A stretch of DNA of 64,000 bases, taken from the NCBI GenBank assembly GCA_918797485.1, contig CAKKNE010000001.1:3472001-3536000 (forward strand), read 5' to 3'. How positions within the stretch are numbered: position 1 is the stretch's first letter; the number at the start of each line of letters is the position of its first letter. The stretch comes from Pelagomonas calceolata (Eukaryota). A model generated the notes under the pieces. It ran no database searches. It was not told where the DNA came from and worked only from the letters and a program-made list of their open reading frames with translations. Shown here piece after piece: positions 9,801 through 19,565 of the stretch. The position numbers and the translations under genes were made by a program.

Positions 9801-11581
9801 AGGAGCTGCGCGAGAAGATTAAGGGCGTGCAGGGCGAGATCGAGAGTAGGCGGGGCGACGTGCAGCAGCGGCAGGAGAAGCGGTACAAGACCTACGACAA
9901 GGCACCGATGAAGAAGGTCTATGATCCGGAGACGGGCGAGACCACCGAAGAACCTCTGTTCAACGCGGACGAGGGCGCCTTCGACAACTTCATCGAGCGG
10001 CGCGAGGCGACGCTGCTGAAGGGCGAGACGCTCGCGGCGCTGGAGTTGCGGGAGCAGTCTCTTCGCAGATTCGAGGCGGATCTGAGGAAGCGTACTGCTC
10101 GTAAATTGAGAGCGGAGCGCAAGCGGGAACGCGAGGAGGCGCGGGCTGAGGCGGGTTCAGATGCTGAGGAGGAGGACGAAGATGAAGACGAGTTGGCGGC
10201 GGCCGTCGAGGACGCTTTACAAGATAAGCTCCCGGACATCGAGCAGCGCCTCGCGGACATCGAACAGCGCAAGGAGGAGCTCGCCGAGTTGGAGGCCGAA
10301 AAAGAACACAAGTCGAAGCCCAAGGCGCCCACCAAAAAAGCTTTTGTGGATGGGCGCATCAAGGACGTCCCGCTGTACAACCCGAACAAGAAGGCCTACG
10401 TGGACCCGCCCCAGTCGGGCTACCTGAACTTCATGTCGCGGCAGACCGAGGTCGTGGAACGCGCGACGACGGCCCAGACTCTCAAACTACGGGAGACGGC
10501 GCTCGTACGGCGCGAAAAGGAGATGAAGAAGCGGACTAATCAGAGACGCAACGAGGTCAAGGAGCGGGAGCGCCGCCAAGAACTCGAAGAGACGCGGCGC
10601 GAGCGGCGCGAGGAGCGGCTCGAGAGGGAGGAGGAGAGGAAAGAAAGGTTGCTCGAGATTCATGAAAGGAACAAGGAGAAGCGCGAGGAACGGGCCGAGC
10701 GCGCGAAGGAGGCGCGCGCGCGGAGGAGGGAGGCCTTCCTGCGGGCCGCGGACGCCGACGACGACGGCGCTTCATTGGACGCGATCGAGCAGGAGATCGA
10801 GACGCTCGAGAGAGCGTTGGAAGATCTCCAGGACGAGCGCGAGAAGGTCGAAGAAGATAGAAGAAATGCGGAGGAAGACGAACGGGAGGCCCGGGAAGCG
10901 GCGAGCCCGGTCAAGCACAAGAACAAGTCGAGACCGTCGGACTGGGCCGAATTCCTCGGTAGAAGGGAGGAGGCCATCGAGCGGCGGACGACGCGCGACT
11001 CCCTGGCTTTACGGGAGAAGACGCTGACGACGTATGAATTGGAGATCACGCGGCGGAAGGAGGGCAAGGAAAAAGAAATTCAAGCTAGAGAAAGGCGGCA
11101 GAAAGCCTTGGAACAGCGACGCGAGCGTCTGGAGAGGAAGCGCGAGCACGCCGAAGAATTGCGGGACAAGGTCCTGGCGCGCCAAGAAGATCAGATGAAA
11201 AAACGCGTCGAGAGGGCCGAGCGGCGCGCGGCGGCCATCGAGCGGCGGAAAGAAAGGGACGAGGACTACGACGACGACGGCAGTCTCGCGGATATTCGAG
11301 ATGAGATCGACGAGCTGGACCACGCGCTGGAAGATATAAGGGAAGAACGGGAGAAGGCGCGCGCGACCCGGAAAGCCAAGGTCAAGGAGGAAAGGAGGGT
11401 GGAGGAGGAGATGCGCCGCAAGGAAAAGGCCGCGCAGACTGAAAGAGTGGATGCGCGGCGTCGTCGTAAGGAGGAGAAGAAGAGAAATGAGAGGCGAAGA
11501 CGGCGTCGCGGCCGCGATAGTGATAGTGATAGCGGCAGCGACCGGCGGCGGCGGCGCGACTCGTCTTCCGAGTCAGACTGA
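6857..11581 (+). CDS. Large charged coiled-coil protein with N-terminal Tudor-like domain and two Cys4 zinc ribbons; function unknown
   Basis: Open frame of about 1574 aa from ATG 6857; VEARYGGESEWFPGTIKAVNADGSYDIDYADGDKE; CPSC..CPEC and CGKC..CAVC. Confidence 0.75.
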   Translation: MDGSLDFSVSGDTFPGGRTPAKAPPLKEGAEVEARYGGESEWFPGTIKAVNADGSYDIDYADGDKETKVIAEFVRMKQPPKTPLKRQDTEDSLKSTQKLKRAASEVEDKERADAKGASRNLQSAARELDSSQTLEASRSMRSAGEELQERKKQEAQRELEKQARREQEQAPEAIKEAARKVDGEKLSASVADLGRSASKYEASKEDPHAWMSSKKALPDKVEARTWSGLEAKATPELQAALPWDTSDIPTGNRPEVALLAERSLRRSRAPDAISRQQRVLLARSVDFSVPKKKLGPKFATISAHRLSKPIDRSTDVYGRTVKDVTNAAQKRLFKFASRDDALNCTFRPRLGKGDPLGEDQKEDEDNPNNFIQRQDAWGRKVRQDREHRKGEKEYGYVIDKKMCPSCGAVQKYDEIVNKRDRCPECAVAYKSSSAIKLARERELLGSNDAETCGKCGARQTLEELLDTRDTCAVCAIVYEELVMGGGSEEEEEESEKESDKEDNLEEHVGKRVKTPSGKVGKISRVEGDLCYVVLAKEEADGGAEAKEGDEKPKKKGSDDESEAKGSDGGSHDEAKGDDPLANVSPTKKSSRRRREKSNLSSDEENDDDDDASDGKGDAEQWVREQWPLMGRKGKETGGAEEGEDEFYFDELQLIEEKKSKKKKKKGSDDEYSSDEEAKQGDGSDAEAKADSDGDGSEAKEDEDSVKSKKKAKKKKKTKKRKVAKRKGPRTLLGRLRADARAQMTLEALLLRERSILQAEAGFLTVELRKLKRRRKLERAAGRRAAGTKVKDAIDADERAIVKALDDERKAAKAASVYESDPKRREALEAKVDEARAQRNAAFKHAVPALKERLDYNQACLDKCRRWRAKLSEKPDEPLHEEEEAKKEDPLMDKLREKGLGTFRERYQRTLDETETPELLDRKLRAIEQYRKEMEGQMRRKKLLTQKALRQKAEGKSDDEEDVDPLVAQRVEDELEKLDTHMEELREKIKGVQGEIESRRGDVQQRQEKRYKTYDKAPMKKVYDPETGETTEEPLFNADEGAFDNFIERREATLLKGETLAALELREQSLRRFEADLRKRTARKLRAERKREREEARAEAGSDAEEEDEDEDELAAAVEDALQDKLPDIEQRLADIEQRKEELAELEAEKEHKSKPKAPTKKAFVDGRIKDVPLYNPNKKAYVDPPQSGYLNFMSRQTEVVERATTAQTLKLRETALVRREKEMKKRTNQRRNEVKERERRQELEETRRERREERLEREEERKERLLEIHERNKEKREERAERAKEARARRREAFLRAADADDDGASLDAIEQEIETLERALEDLQDEREKVEEDRRNAEEDEREAREAASPVKHKNKSRPSDWAEFLGRREEAIERRTTRDSLALREKTLTTYELEITRRKEGKEKEIQARERRQKALEQRRERLERKREHAEELRDKVLARQEDQMKKRVERAERRAAAIERRKERDEDYDDDGSLADIRDEIDELDHALEDIREEREKARATRKAKVKEERRVEEEMRRKEKAAQTERVDARRRRKEEKKRNERRRRRRGRDSDSDSGSDRRRRRDSSSESD

Positions 11582-11594
11582 TAAGTTACAGTAA

Positions 11595-12086
11595 TTAGTT
11601 CTTCTTCGCGGCGGCGAGGCTCCGCGCGAGGTCGTCCGCGACGCCGCGCGCGCACGCGGCGTAGGCGTCGACGACGGCCGCGCACTGGAGGACCCCCGCG
11701 CCGCTCTTCGACGCGTAGCAGTCGAGGACGTCCTTCTCCTCCGCGACGCACCGCGGCGCCGCCTCCTTGCGGACGAAGTCGTATTTGCTGTGTAACAAAG
11801 CCACCTGCCGCTTGACGTCGTCCAATCGATCGGCTTCCAGCGAGCTGAGCTCCGCCGCCCGGCTCTCCTGGAAGGCGCGGCGCTCGGCCTCGAAGTCCGC
11901 GGCGAGTTTCCGCACCGTCGCGTCGGCGGCCGCGTCCGGGTTGCCCACGGCGTCGGCCGCGCGCTGCGCCGCGTCGCGGCGATTCCGTTGCGAGGCGAGG
12001 GCCTCGGCGAGGCCGGCCTCGATGACGACTCCGCTTCCGGCTGGCGCGCCGTCTGCCGCTTGTTTCCTGGAGAAGCGGCCTCCCAT
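11595..12086 (-). CDS. MIC19: MICOS subunit Mic19/CHCHD3-like
   Basis: MGxxxS myristoylation motif, coiled coil, C-terminal twin CX9C. Confidence 0.7.
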   Translation of the reverse strand: MGGRFSRKQAADGAPAGSGVVIEAGLAEALASQRNRRDAAQRAADAVGNPDAAADATVRKLAADFEAERRAFQESRAAELSSLEADRLDDVKRQVALLHSKYDFVRKEAAPRCVAEEKDVLDCYASKSGAGVLQCAAVVDAYAACARGVADDLARSLAAAKKN

Positions 12087-12250
12087 GCTATGGCTGGATT
12101 CTCTGTGGGAGCGGAATAAATGCGCGCTCGCTGAACTGCCTCGCGTCCTATGTGTATTTGTGACTTGCTGGCTGACTGCTGTCGCCGCGGAGATGCTCTT
12201 CCGACGGTAAAGCAGGTAGATTAGCCTGTGGCCCCGCGAGCCTGTGGTTT

Positions 12251-12274
12251 GCTAGTGTCTTACAGGACGCTAGC
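12251..12274 (-). promoter_or_regulatory. Bipartite CTAG upstream motif
   Basis: Plus strand GCTAGTGTCTTACAGGACGCTAGC upstream of MIC19. Confidence 0.6.
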
Positions 12275-12808
12275 TTTATACGGGTTTTACAGTTTTCACA
12301 CATTTTGCTTAAGCCCGTCGTCGTAGGCGCCTCATCTGCTATGGCATTTGCATAATGCATCAGCCAAGTTGGGTCCACAGACATTTGCAATGCTTGCAAT
12401 TTGTCTTCGATCCGGGATGGCGGCGCCAGAGTCGAGAGTGGTGTATTCACCAGCTATTCTCGGGGCGGTTCCAAGACAACGGAGCCTACCAAAAATGGAG
12501 AGTCAATTTGCATCATGCCCACCTTCGGCCAAGACGTCGTGAATACGTAAATCAGGCGGGCCGGCAACAACTGCAAGGACATGGTTTTGGGTTTGTTGAG
12601 AGCGAGGAGTTTCAGCATGCCCCGTACCGTTAACACAGACCCCGTACGGTTAACGTACGGGGCAAGCAACACAACTGCGAGAGAGCGAGAGCGAGAGAGA
12701 CGCGCCTCTCGAGTAACAACAATAATAATAATATCCATAAATAGCGTTTCTCCGAGTGCCAGCCGCCGGAACGGAAACTATACGACCCAACCCCAACAAT
12801 GTAAACAT

Positions 12809-12847
12809 CCCTGCGCGTAACAACAAGAATACTTAGGTCGCCAACGT
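12809..12847 (+). repeat. Dispersed repeat B
   Basis: CCCTGCGCGTAACAACAAGAATACTTAGGTCGCCAACGT; about 33/39 identical to 42848-42886. Confidence 0.7.
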
Positions 12848-14169
12848 CTATAACCCAGGCACGTCGATAACCCCGCGCCGCCGCGCCGCGTCGAGCCGCG
12901 ACGATATAGCCCTCTCCAAATCGACGTTGTAGGCCACGGACTTGAGCGGCTCCGTCATGGCCGAGGCCGCCGCCCACTCCGCGTCGAACTCGCCGCCCGT
13001 CTCGAGGCAGGCGTGCCTCGTCGTGGCGGACACGACCTCGCGGCCGTTGTCAAACATCGTCACGCGCAGAGTACCGCGGTACGTCTCCCGCGCGCCGTCG
13101 ACCATGCCGCTCTTCGACGGCACGCGCACCGCGCAGCCCTCGTCGTCCGTCTCGGCCTCGATCGTGCAGGACGTGCCCCGGTCGGCGTAGGACGCGGTCA
13201 CGCGCCACGCGCCCCACGGCGCCACGGTCCACTCGACCTCGGGGAAGGGCCAGAACTCTCCGTCCAAATGGATGCCCACGAGCCCGACGTCCTCCTCGCG
13301 CTCGAGCGCCCCGCCGGCCAGCAGGCTCCGCCGCGCGCCCGTCGCCGTGAGCGTCAGCTGCGACGCCGGCTCGACGGCATCAAAGGCGTTGCACTGGAGC
13401 CACCACCACTTGCGCGGGAAGCCGCGGCCCCAGTTCTTCTCGGCGTAGAACGGGGCGTCGACGAACGCCGTCCGTTGCCCCTCGATCTCGACCCAGCCCG
13501 TCGCGTGGCCCAGGGACATGAGGACCTGGTAGTGCGGGCTCAGGAGCGGCCCGAGCGCCGCGAGCCAGCCCGCCGTCGAGTACTGCCGCGCGTCGCCGAA
13601 GCGCCCGCCCCAGCCGACGTCCGGGCGGACGCGAAAGTCCCACGTGACGCCGTCGAGGCGGCCCCGGTGTTGGACGGACGTCATCGCGAACGAGAAGGTA
13701 TCGCCGGCGTAGCGCAGCGACAGGTCGTGGGGGGCCGCGGCGAAGGGCGAGCAATCTGTTGAAGACGCGCAGATCGCTTTTGCGGCGTCCGCCGTGGAGG
13801 CAAGGACTTGCGCGTCGACGCCCGACCGCGCCGTCCGGCGGCCCGGGTCGAAGATCGCGTAGATGAACGCGAACGACTGCTCGTTCTCGGGTAGGGTGAT
13901 CCGGTTGTACCAGCCCTCCTGCGTTCGTTTTTCTTTAGTGTGGGGCGTGTCCGGCGGTCCCTCTCTCTCACCGCGCCGACGCGTGACGGCATGGGCGTGC
14001 ACGCCATCGCCGCGACGTGAAGTAAATACATAGGACGCCGGTTAAAAACGAAGAAGTCGGTCTGCCCCTGGCCGTGGTAGCCCGCGTGGGGCGTGCGCCG
14101 CGCTTGGGGGCTGAGGCTGCGGCTGGGCTGGGAGAGCAGCAGCAGGATGGCTGGCATTGCCGCACGCAT
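12848..14169 (-). CDS. VTE1: Tocopherol cyclase; two exons (14169-14050, 13918-12848)
   Basis: Splicing restores TPHAGYH...FF|EGWY; FYAEKNWGRGFPRKWWWLQCNAF; frames join correctly. Confidence 0.9.
13919..14049 (-). other. GT-AG intron of the tocopherol cyclase gene (131 nt)
   Basis: Phase 0; contains the shared intron motif TCGCGGCGATGGCGT. Confidence 0.85.
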
Positions 14170-14409
14170 GGCCGCTGCGGCGTTTTCTCGGTGCGAATTG
14201 TCTGTGCTTGATGCGTTTGGCCTGCTCCACTGAGCTTGAGATTGATGCGGCCGTATAGGCGGCTTTAGAGAGGGCTCTCCAGCTTTTGGGAGAGGCCCAG
14301 CCTAGGCAAAAAGGCTGAAACGCCACCGCAGCGGAGGCGCAGCACACACAGCGCTTGTGCAACGCCAAAAGCGATCCTGGCAGGCGGGCTCCCGCAATTT
14401 GCAGCAGCA

Positions 14410-15673
14410 ATGGCTCCGTTGCTGCGATGCCTGGTGATCACCACCACTGTGCTCGCCTTGCAAGCGCCGCGCACCCTACGCCCCAAAACGCTGCGCCAAG
14501 CGACGCAGCTCGAGCAATTAGCCGAGCAAACGGTCCTATCGATTGACACCGGCGACCTGAATATAATTGAACAATACGCGAAGGGCGGCCTGATCTCCGA
14601 CGCCACGACGAATCCGTTGTTTGTGGCGCAGGCCGGGACATCGGGCGACGCGAGGTACGTCGCTTTTGTGGATAAGGCCATCGCCTACGCGAAGGCGAAC
14701 AGCGGCGGCGACGACGTCGTGTCGTTGGCGATGGACCGCTTGGCCGTGGAGCTTGGTCTCGAGATCGTGAAGCTCGTGCCTGGCTACGTGTCGACGGAGG
14801 TGGACATCCGCGCGTCCTTCGACACCGAGGAGTCCGTCCGGCGCGCTCGAAGAATTATTGCGATGTACGAAGCGGAGGGCGTCGACAGAAGTCGAGTACT
14901 GGTCAAGCTCGCGGGCACGTGGGAGGGCATCGAGGCCGCGCGGATTTTGGAGAGGGACGGCATCACGTGCAACATCACGCTCATCTTCGGCTTCGCGCAG
15001 GGCGTGGCCGCGGCGCAGGCCGGCGCGCGGCTCATCTCGCCCTTCCCCGGCCGCGTCAAGGACTGGCACGCGGCGAACGGCGGCGCGCCGACGTACGAGC
15101 CCGACGAGGATCCGGGCGTCGTTGTAGTTAGGCGCATCTACGAGTACTACAAGAAGCACGGGCACGGCACGATCTGCATGCCGGCGTCGTGGCGGCCGTC
15201 GCGCGGCACGTCGGACCCGTCTTATGCTGTGGACGAGATTTTAGCTTTAGCGGGCACGTACCTGTGTGGAAACCAAATTTATTTACGACGCATTAGTCCT
15301 GAATCGCCGCGTCGACTTCCACGTCATCGGCGCGACACCTGCTCGATGGCGTGGCAATTTCGGTTCCTCACCGCTCGACGGAACCAGTACGAGCACCGAC
15401 TCACTGGTTGATTTACGCACAGGCACGGACCGGATGACGATTCCGCCGCCGCTACTTGAGCTCCTGGCGTCGTCTGACGAGCCGGTGCCGCGAAAGCTGG
15501 AGCCGGCCCGGGCGGCCGCGGCCTGCGCCGACGCCGAGCTCGTCTACGACGAGTCGAGCTTTCGGCTGGCCATGAACGCGGACCTCGCGGCGACGACGAA
15601 GCTCGCCGAGGGCATCAACGCGTTTATTGGGGAGACGGCGAAGTTGCAAGCGGCGATCGAAGCGAAAGTATAA
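14410..15673 (+). CDS. TAL: Transaldolase, probably plastid-targeted; two exons (14410-15253, 15423-15673)
   Basis: IDTGD, DATTNP, VSTEVD, VLVKLAGTWEG, CNITLIF, ISPFPGR; spliced junction LAG|TDRMTIPP; KLAEGINAF. Confidence 0.93.
15254..15422 (+). mobile_element. Introner-type GC-AG intron: TIR element 15262-15422 plus one TSD copy
   Basis: TIRs CTGTGTGGAAACCAA...TTGATTTACGCACAG; 8-bp flanks GCACGTAC/GCACGGAC; only the GC donor restores the frame. Confidence 0.85.
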
Positions 15674-15680
15674 TACTTAC

Positions 15681-17000
15681 TTAATATTCTACGTCATCGT
15701 CTCCCCCGTGCCCGTCCGGCCAGAACGGCTCGTCCGGGTTCTGGCAGATGCACCGCAACGCATCGGACCCGCCGAATCCAGGTTTCGAATGAAACGGGTT
15801 CTCAACGAAAGCGTCGTCGGACGGTTCGGCGACTGGTGCGTCCCGCAGCCAGCCGCGCAGCGCCGCCTCCAGCTCGTCGGACTCGGCCAGGAGCTTCTTG
15901 GCCGACGCGCGCGCCGACGCGCCCGCGCCCCGCTCGACGCCCTCGAGCTTCCGGGCGCGCTCGCGCTTGCGGCGCTTCCGCCGCAGGCGGCGGTTGCCCG
16001 CGACCATGACGGCGGCGCGCGCCTCCTTCTCCTCCCTGTCCTCCTCCTCCTCGACAGCCTCCTCAACAATATCGGGCGGCGGCGGCCGCCGCAGCGCGTC
16101 CGCGAAGCGCAGCAGCTCGTGGCGGTGCTTGCGGTCCGTGAGGCGGTGCGTGAGGACGCGCGGAGCGTCGTCGGGGTCCGCCTCCTCGGCGAACCAGTTT
16201 GCGAAATCCGCCAGCGGCCCGCGCGGCGCCGCCGCGTCCCGCGCCAGGAGCCACCTCAATCTTTCAGCGAGGACGACGCGCATCCACGTCTGCTCGTTGC
16301 CGAGCGGCGACCCCTCCACCAGAGGCGGCCGCGCGCGGCGCCGCATCCGCGCGCGCATTGATGAAGGCGCCGTCAGCACGTGCTTCGCTAATCTATCAAC
16401 CGCCTCATCAAAAGCGGCGGCGTGCGCGCCTTGTACAATTGTCGCGTCGGCGAGGGCCGCGTCCGCAAAAGCCTCGGACCGCGCGAACCGCACGAGCGTC
16501 TCGGGGGAGCGCCTTCTTCCAGCCTCGGGCGCGCCGCGGATCGCGCGCGCCGCGACGTACGACGCCCGCGCGCGCAGCCCGAAGTCCGACGTCACGACCG
16601 TCAGCGTCCTATTGTGAGCGAGGAAGTGCTCGACGCAGTCGACGATCGCGTCGTCCGCCGTGCCGCGCCGTCCCGCGAAGGCCGTCGCGTAGGCGCCTGA
16701 TGATGAAACGAAGCAGTCCCGGCGCTCGCCGTGGTCGAGCATCAGGATTGTTTCTTGGCCGAGCAGGCCGCGCGCGTGCGCGCCCGCCGCCGCGGCGTCT
16801 ACATCTGCTGCCGACAGCCGCCACTTGCTCTTGCCGCGGCAGTTGTCGCCGTCGATTATCACAACGTCGCCCGGCCGCGGCCGCAGCGCCTTCCACGACG
16901 GGGCTTGCGTTTCAGCGTGCAGCGCCGACTGTCGCGGCGGCGGGCGCGTCGGCGGGGCGAAGGCGGCGGCGGCCCCGACCGCGAGCCAAAGGCGCAGCAT
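15681..17000 (-). CDS. NYN/PIN-domain (YacP/Rae1-like) putative ribonuclease, plastid-targeted
   Basis: Signal peptide + AAA-FAP; VVIIDGDN, LMLDHG, ADDAIV, VVTSDFGL acidic motifs. Confidence 0.7.
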   Translation of the reverse strand: MLRLWLAVGAAAAFAPPTRPPPRQSALHAETQAPSWKALRPRPGDVVIIDGDNCRGKSKWRLSAADVDAAAAGAHARGLLGQETILMLDHGERRDCFVSSSGAYATAFAGRRGTADDAIVDCVEHFLAHNRTLTVVTSDFGLRARASYVAARAIRGAPEAGRRRSPETLVRFARSEAFADAALADATIVQGAHAAAFDEAVDRLAKHVLTAPSSMRARMRRRARPPLVEGSPLGNEQTWMRVVLAERLRWLLARDAAAPRGPLADFANWFAEEADPDDAPRVLTHRLTDRKHRHELLRFADALRRPPPPDIVEEAVEEEEDREEKEARAAVMVAGNRRLRRKRRKRERARKLEGVERGAGASARASAKKLLAESDELEAALRGWLRDAPVAEPSDDAFVENPFHSKPGFGGSDALRCICQNPDEPFWPDGHGGDDDVEY

Positions 17001-17376
17001 TTGTCACACTCTGTAGATGCTACTAAGGGCAGATGCACCTCTCGACAGCTGCTTAATCGGTCCGCAGAGTGCAAGTGGCAGTGTCTCACTTTTGTGCACC
17101 GCACGCGGCTGCACTCGCAATAGAGTTTCAGCGCTCGCGTCGTGACCTTTATGAGCGATAACGAGCGACGCGCCAGCTCTCGCTAACTCTAGACGATTAG
17201 TCGGCGCGCCAAGACCGCGACTACACCCTCTGCCAGCTGCAGCGGCACTGAGCAAAACGCGGGCTCGTACGCGGCGAGGAGCAAAACAGACGCTGGCATT
17301 CGTCGCCCAAGTGTAGCACTGGAGCACTCACGCGCGTTGCAGCGCCCCGCGGCACGGATGCTGCCGTAGCGCAGCC

Positions 17377-18372
17377 ATGCGCATGGCCATAGCCGCGCTC
17401 GCCACGGCGGCGCGCGCCGCGGCACCCATAAAAGCGCCGCCGGCGTCGCCGCTCCAGCCCTTCACCGTGCGCGGCCGCTCTGTGTTAGTCAAGCGCGACG
17501 ACCGCTACGCCCTACCTGGAGTTTTATCGGGCGTCGCCGGCAACAAGGCGCGGAAGCTGTACGGGCTGTACAAGCGCGGTTTTGGGGATGCGGAGGCCGT
17601 GGCCTCGCTAGGAGGCCACCAGTCGAACGCCTTCCCGTGCATCGCGGCGTTGTGTCGGGCCTTCGACCTGCCCTTCTACTTCGTCTGCAAGCCGGTGCCG
17701 CGGTGGCTCCGCCAAAACCCGGCGGGCAACTACGCTAGGGCATTGGCGCTGGGGGCCGAGCTCGTTCCTTTGAAACCTGATGATTACCGGCGGTGTATTG
17801 CTGATCCTGAATGGCGGGCCGATCTCCTGAAGGACGTCGCGGGCGTCTCAGAGGTCGCGTGGGTGCCGCAGGGAGCGGCGTCGCGCGACGCGGAAGCGGG
17901 CGTCGCCATGCTCGCCGCGGAGCTTGTTGATGACTTGAAAGAGTATGCAAACGCGCGCGTCGTCGTCCCCGCGGGAACGGGCACGACGGCCCTGTTTTTG
18001 GCGAGGCATTTGCGCGACGCGGACGTCGAGGTCTGCGCGGCGCCCTGCGCTACCAGTTCTATCGAATTGAAGCGCCAGATGACTCTGTTGGACGACGCCT
18101 CGGGTTCCATAGGCGCGTTTCCCACTATCCTTGGGGCGCCGCCCTACCGCTTCGGCGCGCCGGATAAACGCGTTTTGGCGACGTGGCGCGAGCTGGCAGC
18201 GTCAGGACTCCACGTCGACTTGGTCTATGCGCCGGCGGCCTTTGAGACGCTCTTACAAACGGTGGACGACCGGCCCCAGTGCTACGTGCACTGCGGGGGC
18301 AACGCCGGCGTCGCCACCCAACTCAATAGGTACCGCCACGCAGGATTATTAGGAGTAAAAGAGATAGAATAA
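17377..18372 (+). CDS. PLP enzyme, ACC deaminase/D-cysteine desulfhydrase family
   Basis: VKRDD...GNKARKL, GGHQSNA, AGTGTT, DLVYA. Confidence 0.85.
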   Translation: MRMAIAALATAARAAAPIKAPPASPLQPFTVRGRSVLVKRDDRYALPGVLSGVAGNKARKLYGLYKRGFGDAEAVASLGGHQSNAFPCIAALCRAFDLPFYFVCKPVPRWLRQNPAGNYARALALGAELVPLKPDDYRRCIADPEWRADLLKDVAGVSEVAWVPQGAASRDAEAGVAMLAAELVDDLKEYANARVVVPAGTGTTALFLARHLRDADVEVCAAPCATSSIELKRQMTLLDDASGSIGAFPTILGAPPYRFGAPDKRVLATWRELAASGLHVDLVYAPAAFETLLQTVDDRPQCYVHCGGNAGVATQLNRYRHAGLLGVKEIE

Positions 18373-18377
18373 TCAAC

Positions 18378-19565
18378 TTAGAAGTCCTCCATCATGAACT
18401 CTTCCTCTTCGGCCTCTTCTTTCGCCTTCTTGTCGCGCGCGCGTTTGGCCCTTTTCGCCTTCGGCGTGGACGCCATCTTCGCCATGAGCTCGTCGTCGAT
18501 GCGCACGTTCGATTCTAATCGAGGATCTAATGTAGTGATGTTGTAGCGCTCGTACTTCCCCGTCTGCGGGTCCCGCTCGATGCGCTGCACGACGCGTTCG
18601 GGAAGTTCTTCCAGACCCGCCGACACGAGTCTAGCCAGGACCGGATCGGGCAGCTCGTTGAAGGGCGCCGGTCTTGTCACCTGCTTGCCGCTACAATCTA
18701 AGTCGCAGTACGACGCGAGTAGGAGAGGAGGCTCCGTGAAGACGCCCGCCTCGACATAAGGATCGCGAGAAGCCCACGCCAGACAACTTTGTTCATCTTC
18801 GTGGAAGCTGTACACTAAAGACCCGCACGGCGCCCTCTCTGAAATAGGTGTTGCTGAGTTATCAAGGGGCCGGAGCGGCCCGGCCCGTAGACACCGCTTC
18901 GTTTTGCGCAGGAAGGACAGGTGCTTCTCCCGCGTCGCGCCCCGGTTTTGTGTACCTTGTTGGTCATCAAGCCTCAACATCGCGAAGGGCGCCGACCCCT
19001 CGGGCCAAACTTCCAATTGTAAGTAAGGATCTCCAGCAATCGTCCAGTGGTAGGCTTTCACGTCGTCGTCCAGGCTTCGGATCAACGGATCCGTCTCGAC
19101 TAATGCCCTCGCTGATTCTTCACTACCACCAATAACCGCGAGTAATGATCCGGCCACCTCCGTGCCCGCCTCATCCCTCAACAGCTGCGACACGTAGACG
19201 CGCGGTTTCGAATCATCCTTATCGGCTTTGAGATGGGACTCGCGCGCCCAGACTAAGTGGTCCTCGTGTTTTTTCCGACGTAATGAAGGATCCGCGACGG
19301 TCCGCAGGAACACGAACGCCTCTCCTGGTATATCCCATTCCGCGTGGCCCCCCGCCTCCAAGTCGGCGTCAAAGGTCTCGGCCGTCCACTCGTGCATCAT
19401 CGGTAAGGTATCGGGGTGCGCGTAATACGGGTCGACGATCGCGTTGCCCTCGTATTTATCAGCGCTCGCGAGCGCCTCCTCGACCGTCGGGAGGTCGTCC
19501 GCATGTCTCACTAGTCGGGACGGCGCGCGCAGCGTCGAGACGGCGACGAGGGCGAGGGCGCGCAT
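18378..19565 (-). CDS. Protein with two YciI-like domains, organelle-targeted
   Basis: Two copies of R...HL.W/F...GSL...DP (e.g. REKHLSFL..AGPL..GSL..DPYVEAGVF). Confidence 0.7.
   Translation of the reverse strand: MRALALVAVSTLRAPSRLVRHADDLPTVEEALASADKYEGNAIVDPYYAHPDTLPMMHEWTAETFDADLEAGGHAEWDIPGEAFVFLRTVADPSLRRKKHEDHLVWARESHLKADKDDSKPRVYVSQLLRDEAGTEVAGSLLAVIGGSEESARALVETDPLIRSLDDDVKAYHWTIAGDPYLQLEVWPEGSAPFAMLRLDDQQGTQNRGATREKHLSFLRKTKRCLRAGPLRPLDNSATPISERAPCGSLVYSFHEDEQSCLAWASRDPYVEAGVFTEPPLLLASYCDLDCSGKQVTRPAPFNELPDPVLARLVSAGLEELPERVVQRIERDPQTGKYERYNITTLDPRLESNVRIDDELMAKMASTPKAKRAKRARDKKAKEEAEEEEFMMEDF

Noticed and set aside
15258..15422. Canonical GT donor at 15258 for the transaldolase intron
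   Set aside because: It gives a frameshift; the GC donor at 15254 restores the frame.
14410..15673. Split ORFs (transaldolase, SOUL, cyclophilin, VTE1, hydrolase, apyrase-like) as pseudogenes or programmed frameshifts
   Set aside because: Each is repaired by one intron with valid ends and phase.
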